Source: an uncultured bacterium (GTDB taxonomy: Bacteria; Acidobacteriota; Thermoanaerobaculia; Multivoradales; JAHZIX01). From it: a stretch of DNA of 64,000 bases. Below the pieces are notes generated by a model. That model was not told where the DNA came from and did not search any database. It saw nothing but the letters and a program-made list of their open reading frames with translations. This document shows positions 50,601-56,333 of the stretch, one piece after another. Every line of letters begins with the position of its first letter. The stretch's first letter is position 1. Made by a program: the position numbers and the translations under genes. The stretch lies in NCBI GenBank assembly GCA_965368975.1, contig CBDUPA010000017.1, positions 32,001-96,000 of the forward strand, given 5' to 3'.

Positions 50601-51648
50601 CCGCAGCCTCACCAGCGGTCTGCGCCGCGGTCGCCGCAAGGCGGTCCAGCTGGACGCCGTCGACCCGATCAAGAGCCGCGTCCTCGACGGTGGCCCGACA
50701 CGGGCCCTGGTGCTCGAACCTGCCGTTCCCGATGTCGACCTGACCGGCTGGGCCGCCGCCCAGCGCGATCAGCTCGACCGTCATCTCGACGAGTATGGCG
50801 CCGTCCTGCTACGCGGCTTCCACGTGCGCGAAGTCGAAGAGTTCGAACGCTTCGCCGCCGCCGTCTGCGGAGAGCTCTACAGTGACTACGGCGACCTGCC
50901 CCACGATGCTGCCGAAGGTCAGGTCTACACCGCCACCCCGTACCCGCCGGACCAGCGCATCCTCTACCACAACGAGAGCTCGCAGATGGACAAGTGGCCG
51001 ATGCGCCAGATCTTCTGGTGCGCGCAGCCCTCCCTGGTCGGCGGCGAAACCCCGATCACCGATTGCCGCCAGGTCTACAAGAAGCTCGATCCCAAGATCC
51101 GCGCCGACTTCGCCCAGAAGGGCTTGATGTACGTGCGCAACTTCGTTCCGGGCGTCGATGTGCCGTGGCAGGAATTCTTCCGCAGCGAAGACCAGGCCAC
51201 CGTCGAAGCCCGCTGCCGCGCCGCCGGCATGGACGTCGAGTGGCTGGCCGATGGCGGTCTCAGAACCAAGCGTCAAGGCCCCGGCGTCGCGCGCCATCCA
51301 AGAACCGGCGAAGAGATCTTCTTCAACCAGATCCAGGCCCACCACATCGCCTGCCTGGAACCCGAAGTGCGCAAGAGCCTGCTAGAAATTACCTCCGAAG
51401 AAGGTCTACCGCGCAACGTCACCTTCGGTGATGGCACCCCGATCCCGGACGACGTGGTGCAGCAGATCGTCGAGCTGTACGACGAGCTGAGCCTCATCTC
51501 ACCCTGGCAACAAGGCGACGTGCTGGTCGTCGACAACATGCTCATGGCCCACGCTCGGAATACCTTCTCCGGGCCGCGCAAGATCTACGTCGCGATGGGG
51601 CGGATGGTGACCTTTGACGAGATCAAGGGGAATATGCCGGAGGGTTGA
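35641..51648 (+). CDS. Giant NRPS: C-A-T-C-(Pro linker)-C-A-T-C-A(MT)-T-C-TauD
   Basis: Five HHxxxDGWS C domains; three YTSGSTGxPKG A domains (A1/A2 Pro-like: FDVSFQE, NHYGPTE); three GGHSLL carriers; SAM motif VLDVGTG inside A3; C-terminal YHNESS...HAR dioxygenase; no TE. Confidence 0.95.
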   Translation: MTQNSRTHLTSQQRALMRRLLARKGVAAPAADALAAGELVPRSPEDDPPPLSFAQQRMWLLDSLQPGNPFYNIPDILFLDGPLEPRRLHRALRGVVERHEVLRTAYALPPDAEATASAALGASPAAAARPREPCQLVQAQVDLPLPLLDLRGLAADPERQAAEVERLGEAEARRPLRLDQPPSLRTTLVRLEPHRHAFFVVLHHIAADGWSKSVLAAELAALYRGAALPPLPIQYADFALWQRRWLGQGELERQLAWWRGQLGEEADAGAVTALELPTDRPRPPEFSHRGAGRPLIVPAGLVSRLRALGRAGTGDKGTGQGSGDVTLFMLLLAGLQALLYRLSGQSDIAVGSPVANRRRAELEALIGFFANTLVLRTDLRGGPSFRQLLERVRHVTHDAFEHQDLPFERLVEELQPARDLSRTPLFQVLLVLQNTPPASAIEMSAEGSPSGEVSPAGDGPLVLQRRPLDTGTAKFDLTVDLASSEPGAGDVDGALLGGIEYATDLFDATTVDRLGAQLVRLLQAAVAQPEHPISALSLVTPAERQQLCVEWQLFERAGNAAESTSDVSIAAPVLRWAARSPDLIAVTADRHFLSYGELVRRSGHLAAALRAHGVGVDEQVCIAQDRVCGYPLALLGVLRAGAACVPLDLTWPAARHEILLAEAKPRLVLDAPTLAQLLEEGLLEEGPLQGRLPAESDRLEADGPPSIQALAYVLYTSGSTGTPKGVAMPHGPLRHMLAWQVRASAAGASADTVRSERTLQFASPGFDVSFQEIFSTWSAGGTLVMVREAVRRDPETLLDFLAERRIGRLFLPFVALQALAEVAAAQRAGRWPALREVMVAGEQLRVGPALRTWFGDLLRGKRAARLANHYGPTEAHAVSAEILPADVETWPSLPLVGRPVAGAVLYVVDPDAAVHGWPGVLSPIGVPGELLIGEVTVGDGALARGYLDRPRWTAERFVPDGAGIFACGAGKLPHGGRLYRSGDLARYLPDGRLECFGRLDAQVKVRGYRVEPGEVETVLASQPQVVQAVVVTRPSGRGVLLVAYVVMAKETPTGEPPASTRDPHLATLRDSLRGQLPDYMVPAHIVALDALPTTGSGKVDRRALQRLSLDAVTANAAAGGDASDAPSTPAEIQLAEIWCELLGVARVGVDDDFFDLGGHSLLATWLSVRARDAFEIELPVRAVFEHPRLAQLAVEIERLRRDGQGLSPLPPLRPRSAATPPDASRGHQDCLYEGPVSFAQERLWFLEQLRDGDTGYRLASRLRLLGDLDARALATAIDGLAARHETLRTVFADHDGEPIQRVLPPRRGALALPCVDLSGVVDRATETQRTSLLGRLTGTFQRQPLPLDTGPLLRLLLLRTGGRDEHLLLFNLHHIISDGWSMSVMFRDVGELYAAAVDGRAPRLPVLSVQYADFAAWQRGWLEGDRLDEQLTYWQQRLSEPRLPQPLRLPRDRPVAPGAGPGRGGMVTGALPPELARQVETFARRHDVTPFMVLLAAFAVLLGRLANTDDVLLGTPVANRRSRELEGLIGFFINLISLRLEVAPATTFKALLAQVRSVTLGAYDHQDIPFERLVELVQPDRRDGDVPLAQVTFQLLNTPRAEAAELPRLRMEQQPLEVRRAKLDLGLMFEGQGEHLGWLAEYDADRFDRASVEHWLAAFQELLASALAEPRQVVDDLPALDIVRRRQPSGVAPVLPSAPSLVPPMAPPSLAPPALAPPSLAPPELAPPELIPPPVASPPPLHMPEEPETPIKQPAEGNDSEPDEPLTLSDAPMLLPAARKARGVPLSFAQERLWFIDRLEPTAAAAYNTPGRIYLEGVVQPAALRVAIHALIARHESLRTVFVEIEAQPLQRVAAVASPLGQPPLPVVDLGGLAETDGAKQADVLTARAATHPFDLARGPLLQIFLLRLAAGLSGESTSPRHQLYFNLHHIVTDGWSMEILFREMARLYQAAATGGTASPASGPAQVLAQEAGLPPLPVQYPDFAVWQRAWLSGDELQRQIDYWRRQLAARDAQEGSPQEGGGLEWTRLQLPEDHPPPAEPRADRCGRLPVRLPLPLVRSLDGFARRHEATLFMTLLAGFALLLHRLTGQRDLTVGTPIANRRHVDVEGLIGFFANTLVLRADLTAGTGTGSGDPGFGQLVDRLRRTTLEAYDHQDLPFARLVEALQPERQLGRTPLFQVLFQLHKAQPVTEARTTEVTLELETLDAGLAKFDLELTLSQIQGPVAGTLVYNADRFDATTVRRWMDDYLRLMRAAVRAPERPVTRLDVLTPSASQQLVREWGSGPLSDTWSGPASRNQPEPLPTLPCLVFEQARRTPHAIAVQGRRHALSYATLTARARRLASALRHTRNDEESIIGLSLPRGPRACVALLGVLDSGAAVLPIDPAYPRERRDLMLQDSGTRRVLDGGAVDELLQLPDGAAEPQVATRASVPEPHPHQLCYLLYTSGSTGVPKGVAMRHGLMAQVLAWELRRNAPVPQTPVPQTPVPQTPVPQTSVPQTGPHRTLAFTPLSFDVSFQETFATWGAGGTLVLVDEDTRRDPHLLLRHLLRQRVQRLYLPFVALQALAEASAAPEAPRPDELVELITAGEQLRMTPALTAWLQRRPTLRLHNHYGPTETHAISAWSLGRRRPGELVRAPALPPIGRPIDGVRVYVVDSLARPRPIGCVGELWAGAEFADHGSPARGYHRRPALTAARFVPDPLIREPHRRGARVYRTGDLARYRADGELEFLGRRDTQLKVRGFRVEPGEVEAALEALAGVGQAVVVPRQGAGGVALIAYVLVAAELVASESPPDAASLRDTLRRRLPDYLVPAAVHVVETLPKTPSGKVDRRALRQRAAEQEAVAVEFVAPHSVTEEQLAALWADLLQRQQVGVRDHFFDIGGHSLLATTLTARLRDVFGVEVPVKAVFEHPHLDELAAEIDRLRATDSAPVLPPLEPVPRDARGLPLEPLPVSFAQERLWLTERLSEDAAGGYRLPGKLELLGDFRPLAMARALRRLVSRHETLRTVFAEVDGAPVQRPLPAREARVELPVVDLSRLAATTAAVLESSLTAQLMAQPMPLAEGPLLRVLLLRFAPFSPEPTELPQPARAKHLLLFNLHHIVADGWSMGILFREVSQFYRAEVEGTADALELPPLPVHYGDFAVWQRQWLSGERLDAQLSWWRQHLDGAPAAVELPADRPRPPRVGRSGALSDHLPASLEAGLSQLGRRHGATLYMVLLAAFSALLPRLGSGRDLVLGTPVANRRHRGLEGLIGFFINVLAVRLQPARDVDFATWLQQVRQLTLDVYDHQDLPFERLVEALQPAREPGRPSLVQVVFQLQNTPPAAAVELPGLQLRMRGVELERAKFDFSLMAERVGDASGGAPVVLVADYNADLFDATTVRRWLRAFEVLLEGAIAAPGTPLGALPVLDAVARQQALVEWNDVEAPYDRDATLPELFAGQVRQRPDAIGIVYGRRHLGYREIARRAGRIAALLSRRWAGRAAAENRVAVTGQRSPELVLATVGVTLAGGAYVPLDPDTPVHRLAFQLHDAGAEVLLVDAASRDHLAQAVAAAAELGSTESPATVELMDFEAVLAQDVPSAAPREALHPDDLHPENLVNIFYTSGSTGKPKGVAVTHRGVVRLIQAGVTPTAGYPGFGVERRVAQSANPVFDPTTYEIWGALVHGGCLVEVPKAQLLAPETLGDFLRARRIDVQYLTVAVVSLIARQAPDALNSVDVQLLGGEAIAPARVAEILDAGSPRHLIHVYGPTETTAWCSYEDLCKLPVLPSGGRVPSGQPTLTVGRAVPNDTIYYLDGRFRPVPTGCPGEICAGGDGVVRGYLGRPGRTAEVFIPDALSGRPGARLYRTGDLGRWRADGRLEFLGRVDFQVKIRGLRIEPGEIEAVLRRYPEVRDAVVLVLGEGDERQLGACVLTRPDESPSSLQVRDTRDEPPEIWPNVGEYQIYDELLYYAMSRDVRRNQAYRQALQRLLSDAASPGLTVLDVGTGHDAIWARYAAEAGAAHVYGLEVLEASAAAAREEVRRAGLDDRITILHGDVTDPTFRLPPHPDGRERRVDLIVSNLIGTIGGCEAAPVLLGHARRFLAPGGRMIPARCRTRLAGVTLPPELQDEPRFTPLAADFARRVFDAVGHPFDVRLNLRHFPPSLRLTVAAGPDGDVFEDLDFRDPHGQPAATQGVFSSPVFSSEYERRLHLRVELPEQSDARLDGFLLWLELQTAAPATQAPTGGEAPTGEASIVLETLDPPCSWLPVYLPVFEPPQRVRTGDEIELTVEARLAADGLHPDYHVRGWLRRDPAQGGDVEIDFESPFVGPAVPAASAAAHPPSRRPALYRALFGDSGEPRVAQTAQDALLAELHAHLQTQLPDFMVPSRLLALDALPLTPNGKVDRAELSRRLLRQAAAGAIRAGEAAEVVTFDGPHAETARTIATVWQDVLGLESSVGPEDQFFALGGHSLLATRVISRLRKTFELDIPLRWMFESPTPAELAPRVDGLRPAPEAAVPAGDAEPPLVPVPRDQPLPLSYAQQRLWLADQLQPGDIAYNMPLGVRLRSESPEGELDIAALSHALDTVVARHEALRTTFPVGSDGEPVQHIAGPRPSPLPVVDLSALPEEVAQAESERLGLGHARHRFDLARGPLLVAAIVRQRRDDHALLLNLHHVIADGWSLAILVRELSGLYRALLEPGQDRVELPELAIQYADFAVWQRRYLAGDGLDGDRLDGDSQDKGAREQLLDHWRQVLAGAPPVLDLPSDRPRPEVRSLRGDRRVRGHQAEQRQRLEALAQAHQGTLFMVLLAAFKTLLYRLTGQHDIVVGTDIANRNRPEIEDLIGFFINHPVLRTDLAGNPTFAELVDRVRAVTVDAYAHQDLPFDLLVEELQPERSPSVTPLFQVLFVMQNAPTGGTPVTTGLTLEAMPGESHSSKYDLVVEALEFGDGLALSWTFRTDIFDAATVEQLAERYALLLDQVAADPDRRLDELSLEIESDKERRAMEEQQRRSLTSGLRRGRRKAVQLDAVDPIKSRVLDGGPTRALVLEPAVPDVDLTGWAAAQRDQLDRHLDEYGAVLLRGFHVREVEEFERFAAAVCGELYSDYGDLPHDAAEGQVYTATPYPPDQRILYHNESSQMDKWPMRQIFWCAQPSLVGGETPITDCRQVYKKLDPKIRADFAQKGLMYVRNFVPGVDVPWQEFFRSEDQATVEARCRAAGMDVEWLADGGLRTKRQGPGVARHPRTGEEIFFNQIQAHHIACLEPEVRKSLLEITSEEGLPRNVTFGDGTPIPDDVVQQIVELYDELSLISPWQQGDVLVVDNMLMAHARNTFSGPRKIYVAMGRMVTFDEIKGNMPEG
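43063..43137 (+). repeat. In-frame 15-bp tandem repeat x5 (PVPQT) in NRPS A2 domain
   Basis: CCAGTACCCCAGACC units read directly. Confidence 0.9.
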
Positions 51649-51659
51649 GAGTTCGTGGA

Positions 51660-52472
51660 CTAGTGCTCCAGAGCTTCTCTTCCCGCTGCGCGAGTCTCGA
51701 GTTCTTTGGCTTGGGTTGGAAATCTGTATATCAGCACAATTTCTGTACGTCGGTTCAGTCTCCACTGCGCGGCCCCCTGATTGGCGGAGTCGAGTTCGGC
51801 ACGATCAAAACTGCGAAGCCGGTTCCGAGTCGAAGGGACGTACTCGCCGAAGCTAGTCGCTGACATCAGGCTCTGTGTCGGGTCGATTCCACTTTCTTGT
51901 TGAAGGAAGTGGAAGACAGAGAGAGCTCTCTCTGAAGCCAGGTGCAGATTTGAAGCGTATTTTGAAGTTGATCTCGGGTCTGCATGAGCCTGAATCTGTA
52001 TTTCTTCGATGTAGTCCAGACGAGGCTGGATCACTCTAGTGAGGAGGCGAAGCATTCGCTTGCTTGGGGTGAGAAGATGGTGTTCGTTCTCCTCGAACAG
52101 CAGGTGGTTCTCGAAGGAGAAGCGCTGCAATGTCAGGGAGTTGACGATTGTCACATCGGGTCTCGCAGTCTCGGCCGTTGCTAGAGTGAAGGTATCGGCG
52201 TTGCGAGCGTTCGTGAAGAGTTGGAGTTGTGTAGCAATAGCTATGGCCTGGATCAGCTCCAGTTGTCTCTCGTTGAGTAGGGCCAATCTACTCAATAGGC
52301 TGTCTTGCTCATCTACTACCGTGGAGGCAGATTCGGAGTTCGCCTCTAACGGTATTGGTGCTTGTGAACTGAAGGCCACCACCAGTAGGGCTAGGACTGC
52401 CACTAAGGACAGCATTAGATCGGTTCCAGGGCCGAATAGGTCTTCGTCAGGGGCTTGTCTTTCAAAGGACAT
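51660..52472 (-). CDS. ZorB/MotB-like protein (TM helix plus OmpA-like peptidoglycan-binding domain)
   Basis: GTDLMLSLVAVLALL TM with conserved Asp; LLFEE, IQIQAHAD, NLHLASERALSV, NRRTEIVL; ATG abuts upstream TAA. Confidence 0.85.
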   Translation of the reverse strand: MSFERQAPDEDLFGPGTDLMLSLVAVLALLVVAFSSQAPIPLEANSESASTVVDEQDSLLSRLALLNERQLELIQAIAIATQLQLFTNARNADTFTLATAETARPDVTIVNSLTLQRFSFENHLLFEENEHHLLTPSKRMLRLLTRVIQPRLDYIEEIQIQAHADPRSTSKYASNLHLASERALSVFHFLQQESGIDPTQSLMSATSFGEYVPSTRNRLRSFDRAELDSANQGAAQWRLNRRTEIVLIYRFPTQAKELETRAAGREALEH

Positions 52473-54047
52473 TTAGCGCCTCCAAAGCCGAAGGGTTTTG
52501 CGTGAGAGTTTTCTAGCAATTTTTGATGCGAAGTTCAAGGTATTCACAAACATTTTCAGGAGCCGGCGCTCGATGGGTAGGTCCAGGATGCCATCCTGCA
52601 GTGAAGCCATGGCTTCGACCAATTGCTGATGAACCTGACTTGAATTTCTTTGCGTTGCCAATGTCGTCTGCAGGAGTTTCTGTAGAGTAGTATGCGTGGG
52701 TATCAAAGTGGTCGATGGATCGGCAAGAGTCGAAGTGCTTCGTGTCGCCTCAACGACCTCTAGCGTACTGGTCCACCGTGATTCGAGGCGACTGACAATT
52801 TCCGCTAGTTGTTCATATGATCCGGCGAGTGAAGTCTGTAGGATCTGGGTTTGCGCCAAGCTGTCGGAGCCAATTCGAGTAACAGTACTGACCATTCCTT
52901 CCATGTGAGATAGAGGTGTGAGCAGTTCGTTGAACTGTTGCAACAGAGCCTGCAGGTTCCTTTGCAAGTTCCCGACAAGGTTGCGGTTACTATTCTCAAG
53001 CGCGGTCTCCAGTCGCTGCGTGAGTCGCTCGGGTGAGAGCGTCTGGTAGATGTCTCTTAGCTCGGTCAGTAGCAGTTTCTGATCGTCTTGTACCTGGCCA
53101 AGGAACGAATCCAGATGCTCTCGAGCCTCTGCAAGATCGCCCATGCCCTGCTGTAGAGCGTTAGTCTGTGCAGCGATTCTATCGCTTTGATGAAGGATAC
53201 GATCGCTCACCTGGCGGACTGCGGTCTGTACTTCGTTCAGTTCGGCTAGATATGCATCGTTGTTGATACTGTTCCGTGCCATTGAAGTCAGGCCGACTGT
53301 AGCCTCTTCCATGCTGCGGAAATATTCCTGTTGGCGCTGCTGAACGATCAAAGCTAGAAGTTTCAATAAGATAGCTACTTCAATGCCAGCAATGCTCGTA
53401 CTGAAGGCAACCCCGAGATTGTTGAGAAGCCCCTGCAGATCTTCTGGATTTAGTTGTCTTCCGGCTGTCGGAGTGAGATGAGACAAAGCGAAGAGTAGTC
53501 CGACAAAAGTACCGAGGATGCCTACCTGAAGGGCGATACGCTGCAGACTTTGCAAGCGGGACAGACCAGCGAATGCGCCCTCACGGAATGGCTGCATAAG
53601 ACTAAAGGGGGGAGAGAACCGCCGATCCTTAGCCTCGCGTAGTATGTGTTCGAAGAGGCGCAAGATATCTATTTCTCTCTCGGGATTCTGAGGCAGATAG
53701 CGTGCCCCGAGGGCATCCAGCGATGGGCGCGAGAGCGCGCCACCTTCTATACGACGGAGGTCGCTGGCCGCATGCTCGTCAACGCGATCTGCGATCTCAA
53801 TGCTAACTATCAACATGGCCAAGATCTTGCTGGCTAGAATAACACCCCAGATGGCAAGACTATGAATAGCGATAGGTGGTAGCCACACGAGGTAGTTCTC
53901 TGTGACAAGAGCTAGGAAACCCAGGCAGAGGCCCACGGTCAGTATGATGCAAGACACCGTGAACAACCAGCGCTCTCGCAGCCAGAAGGCGGGAAAGCGA
54001 ATCACGTCCTTGGGAGCTTGCAGCGCGAAATCATGATTGCTCATCAT
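52473..54047 (-). CDS. ZorA-like MotA/TolQ/ExbB channel protein with long cytoplasmic helical tail
   Basis: N-terminal TMs; VGILGTFVGL and LGVAFSTSIAG MotA-family motifs; about 290-aa heptad-rich C-terminal tail. Confidence 0.82.
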   Translation of the reverse strand: MMSNHDFALQAPKDVIRFPAFWLRERWLFTVSCIILTVGLCLGFLALVTENYLVWLPPIAIHSLAIWGVILASKILAMLIVSIEIADRVDEHAASDLRRIEGGALSRPSLDALGARYLPQNPEREIDILRLFEHILREAKDRRFSPPFSLMQPFREGAFAGLSRLQSLQRIALQVGILGTFVGLLFALSHLTPTAGRQLNPEDLQGLLNNLGVAFSTSIAGIEVAILLKLLALIVQQRQQEYFRSMEEATVGLTSMARNSINNDAYLAELNEVQTAVRQVSDRILHQSDRIAAQTNALQQGMGDLAEAREHLDSFLGQVQDDQKLLLTELRDIYQTLSPERLTQRLETALENSNRNLVGNLQRNLQALLQQFNELLTPLSHMEGMVSTVTRIGSDSLAQTQILQTSLAGSYEQLAEIVSRLESRWTSTLEVVEATRSTSTLADPSTTLIPTHTTLQKLLQTTLATQRNSSQVHQQLVEAMASLQDGILDLPIERRLLKMFVNTLNFASKIARKLSRKTLRLWRR

Positions 54048-56322
54048 TGTCCTCGCTTCCTGTCGTCAGCTGCTTCTGGATAGGTGTCGTTCGGGGATTG
54101 AGAAGGGGGGTTAGATCCTGGAAGGCTGATAGTTCATCTGCGTCTTCAGGCTTTTCCTTGTCTCCTCGGAGGCGCAGAGGTCCAAAGTCAGGCTCACGAT
54201 GGAGAGACTCAGCCATTAGGCTGTCGATCCGAGTCTGGAGATCAAGCAACGTTGGATCATCGGCTGGTACTTCGGCATCCAGCAGCTCTCGCTTCTTCGT
54301 CTCAAGACGCTGGTACTCAGCTAGTCGATTCTGAGAGATTCCTTCGATCAAGTTTATGTCTGCGTTACTGGCAGACTTGAGGCGATTGGTATTAGTCAGC
54401 TTCTTCAGATGTTCCGCCGATGTTGAGTCGCGATTGACGACCAGTAGCTCGATCTCAAGACCGAAGGTTCTGGCCACAGGGCCCAGACTGCTAGCGAACA
54501 ATTCAACCAGTTGAGATTTTTGTTTCCACGTCCTGAAATGCAGGTATTGGGGGGGAAGTGTTGCGAGCCGTTCACGTAGGCCGGCGCCTAGAACTTCCTC
54601 AATAGCTTCTGTTTCTTTCTCAGGAGAGCCGTAGTTCTTTGATAAGAAAATGTGCCAGCCTTCTGATAGGACGCTTCGAACTTGATAGACAATGCGGTAG
54701 GTGACGTTCTCCGATGTTTCATCTAGATTGTGCGGTTCAACGGTGAGTTTGAAGCTGCGATGTCGTCGGCACAGTTCGGTGATGCGTTCTGTGATGCGAT
54801 CTTCCTGCATCCTGAAGACAATCTGGATGTCGTCGGCACTGACGCGTGTAGAAAGGCGCTGTACGATTTGCTGTTGGATCTCATCTGCCACAGACTGCGT
54901 CGCGCTGAGTTCTGGCATGTTGAAATGAAGATAGAATTGCTTAGGTGTGACAGAGTGAAGTGCCTGCTCCGCCCCTTCCTCTGCTTGTGTCCGAATCAGA
55001 TTCTTGATCTGGGCAGTGGGAGTGAGTAGGCGTTCAATTTTGCGAAGATCAGGGATACGGCCAGTCACGACTAATCCCATATTGACCGATACTCTGGGAT
55101 CGGACGTTGCATAGGACCGTGATGATTCGACCTTGAATCCATCGCGTTGAATGACAAGGGGTTCTAGGTCGGTAAGAACGACATGGTGTTTGATCGTGTA
55201 ACCGAGTGATTCCGCTCGATGCTTGACCGCAGTCTTGATTTGCTCAGCTAGCTCCGTAAAATCAAGCAGTAGGCCGACATAGGTCTTATCAAAAAGATGG
55301 TCTTGGATGACGCCTACAACTTCAGTGTTCCACCAGGCGTCGAGTGATTCAAAGCCGCTTCGCTCCCAGAGTCCCGAATTGCGCAGTCTTAGGCGGATGG
55401 TGTTGTGTACTGGGATCTTGGTCTTAGTACCTCGAATCGTGCACTCAACTGTGCGCTCGATCTCGAGAGTTCTTGCTTCAGGAGTAGGAGCGTCACTGTG
55501 GAGTTTCAGGTAGCTGACCTGACGGCCGTACTTGGCCAAGGTTCGATCTAGGCTCACTAGCACCTTGTCGCGGAGTCGTTCGGTACGTTCGAAGTGGAAT
55601 TCATGGAGCGTTACTGCTTGCTGGAAGAAGCGCTGGAGGGATTCTTTGACTCGAACCCCAAGCTTGTGTTCGTCCCTTCGAAGCAGTAACGCCTGCAGCT
55701 CCCCGTTCTGAGCAACATCAAGGGTTGTTGTGACCTCAAGACTCAGCGCGTCATCGTTGTCCATGACCCGAACTGAGAAGGCTTCGATCGTGAGATTGAT
55801 TGGTTTGAGCTCACCGCCAGCCGGGCGAATCTGGCACTGAGCCAGAAGCCCTGCTTCCTCAATAAGATGTGTGCACAGATCCTGTTCAAGATAGTCGCGC
55901 AGTTTTGAAAAACTCTCAGATGGCTCTGAGCTTCTTTGACTTCGTGCGCGATGTTGCTGCTCTAATCGACGTGCTACGAGTTTGTTCAGAGCCAGGAGGG
56001 TACTGTCATCGCTGGCAAGGCATTGAACAAGCGTGTTCTCTCTGTTGGGCGCGCACTCAAGGAATAGTTTAGCCTCTAGCTCCAACGATCGACCGTCGAG
56101 TCTCTTCAGAATGACCGCATCGGTAACGAGTTCGACTTGAGATTCTGTGGAAACTAAGTAGTACCGGACTTCTCGCCATGGCTGAAGGATTGGAGGCTTC
56201 GGGAGTACCCGACGGTGCCGAACGTCGAATATCAGGATCTTGCCTACGATGCTCGGGGAGCCCTTCCGCGAACGAGAGGGTACTCGGCGAATCAATGTGT
56301 CGAGAGGCTGGATACTGCTCAT
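54031..56322 (-). CDS. Hypothetical protein with tandem SPFH/band-7-like repeats and C-terminal coiled coil
   Basis: GAGGGAG RBS before ATG 56322; recurring strand-strand-helices-G-strand units (LAKYGRQV, AESLGYTI, ARTFGLEI). Confidence 0.6.
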   Translation of the reverse strand: MSSIQPLDTLIRRVPSRSRKGSPSIVGKILIFDVRHRRVLPKPPILQPWREVRYYLVSTESQVELVTDAVILKRLDGRSLELEAKLFLECAPNRENTLVQCLASDDSTLLALNKLVARRLEQQHRARSQRSSEPSESFSKLRDYLEQDLCTHLIEEAGLLAQCQIRPAGGELKPINLTIEAFSVRVMDNDDALSLEVTTTLDVAQNGELQALLLRRDEHKLGVRVKESLQRFFQQAVTLHEFHFERTERLRDKVLVSLDRTLAKYGRQVSYLKLHSDAPTPEARTLEIERTVECTIRGTKTKIPVHNTIRLRLRNSGLWERSGFESLDAWWNTEVVGVIQDHLFDKTYVGLLLDFTELAEQIKTAVKHRAESLGYTIKHHVVLTDLEPLVIQRDGFKVESSRSYATSDPRVSVNMGLVVTGRIPDLRKIERLLTPTAQIKNLIRTQAEEGAEQALHSVTPKQFYLHFNMPELSATQSVADEIQQQIVQRLSTRVSADDIQIVFRMQEDRITERITELCRRHRSFKLTVEPHNLDETSENVTYRIVYQVRSVLSEGWHIFLSKNYGSPEKETEAIEEVLGAGLRERLATLPPQYLHFRTWKQKSQLVELFASSLGPVARTFGLEIELLVVNRDSTSAEHLKKLTNTNRLKSASNADINLIEGISQNRLAEYQRLETKKRELLDAEVPADDPTLLDLQTRIDSLMAESLHREPDFGPLRLRGDKEKPEDADELSAFQDLTPLLNPRTTPIQKQLTTGSEDNDEQS

Positions 56323-56333
56323 TTTATACTCCC

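Noticed and set aside
45427-50784. Long antisense ORFs (702 aa and 580 aa) opposite the NRPS; similar ones lie opposite groEL, the kinases and the PKS
   Set aside because: Expected antisense open frames in high-GC coding DNA; no recognisable motifs
51660-54047. Flagellar motAB or exbBD/tolQR annotation
   Set aside because: No flagellar or TonB context; the long A-subunit tail and island location fit ZorAB-like proteins better
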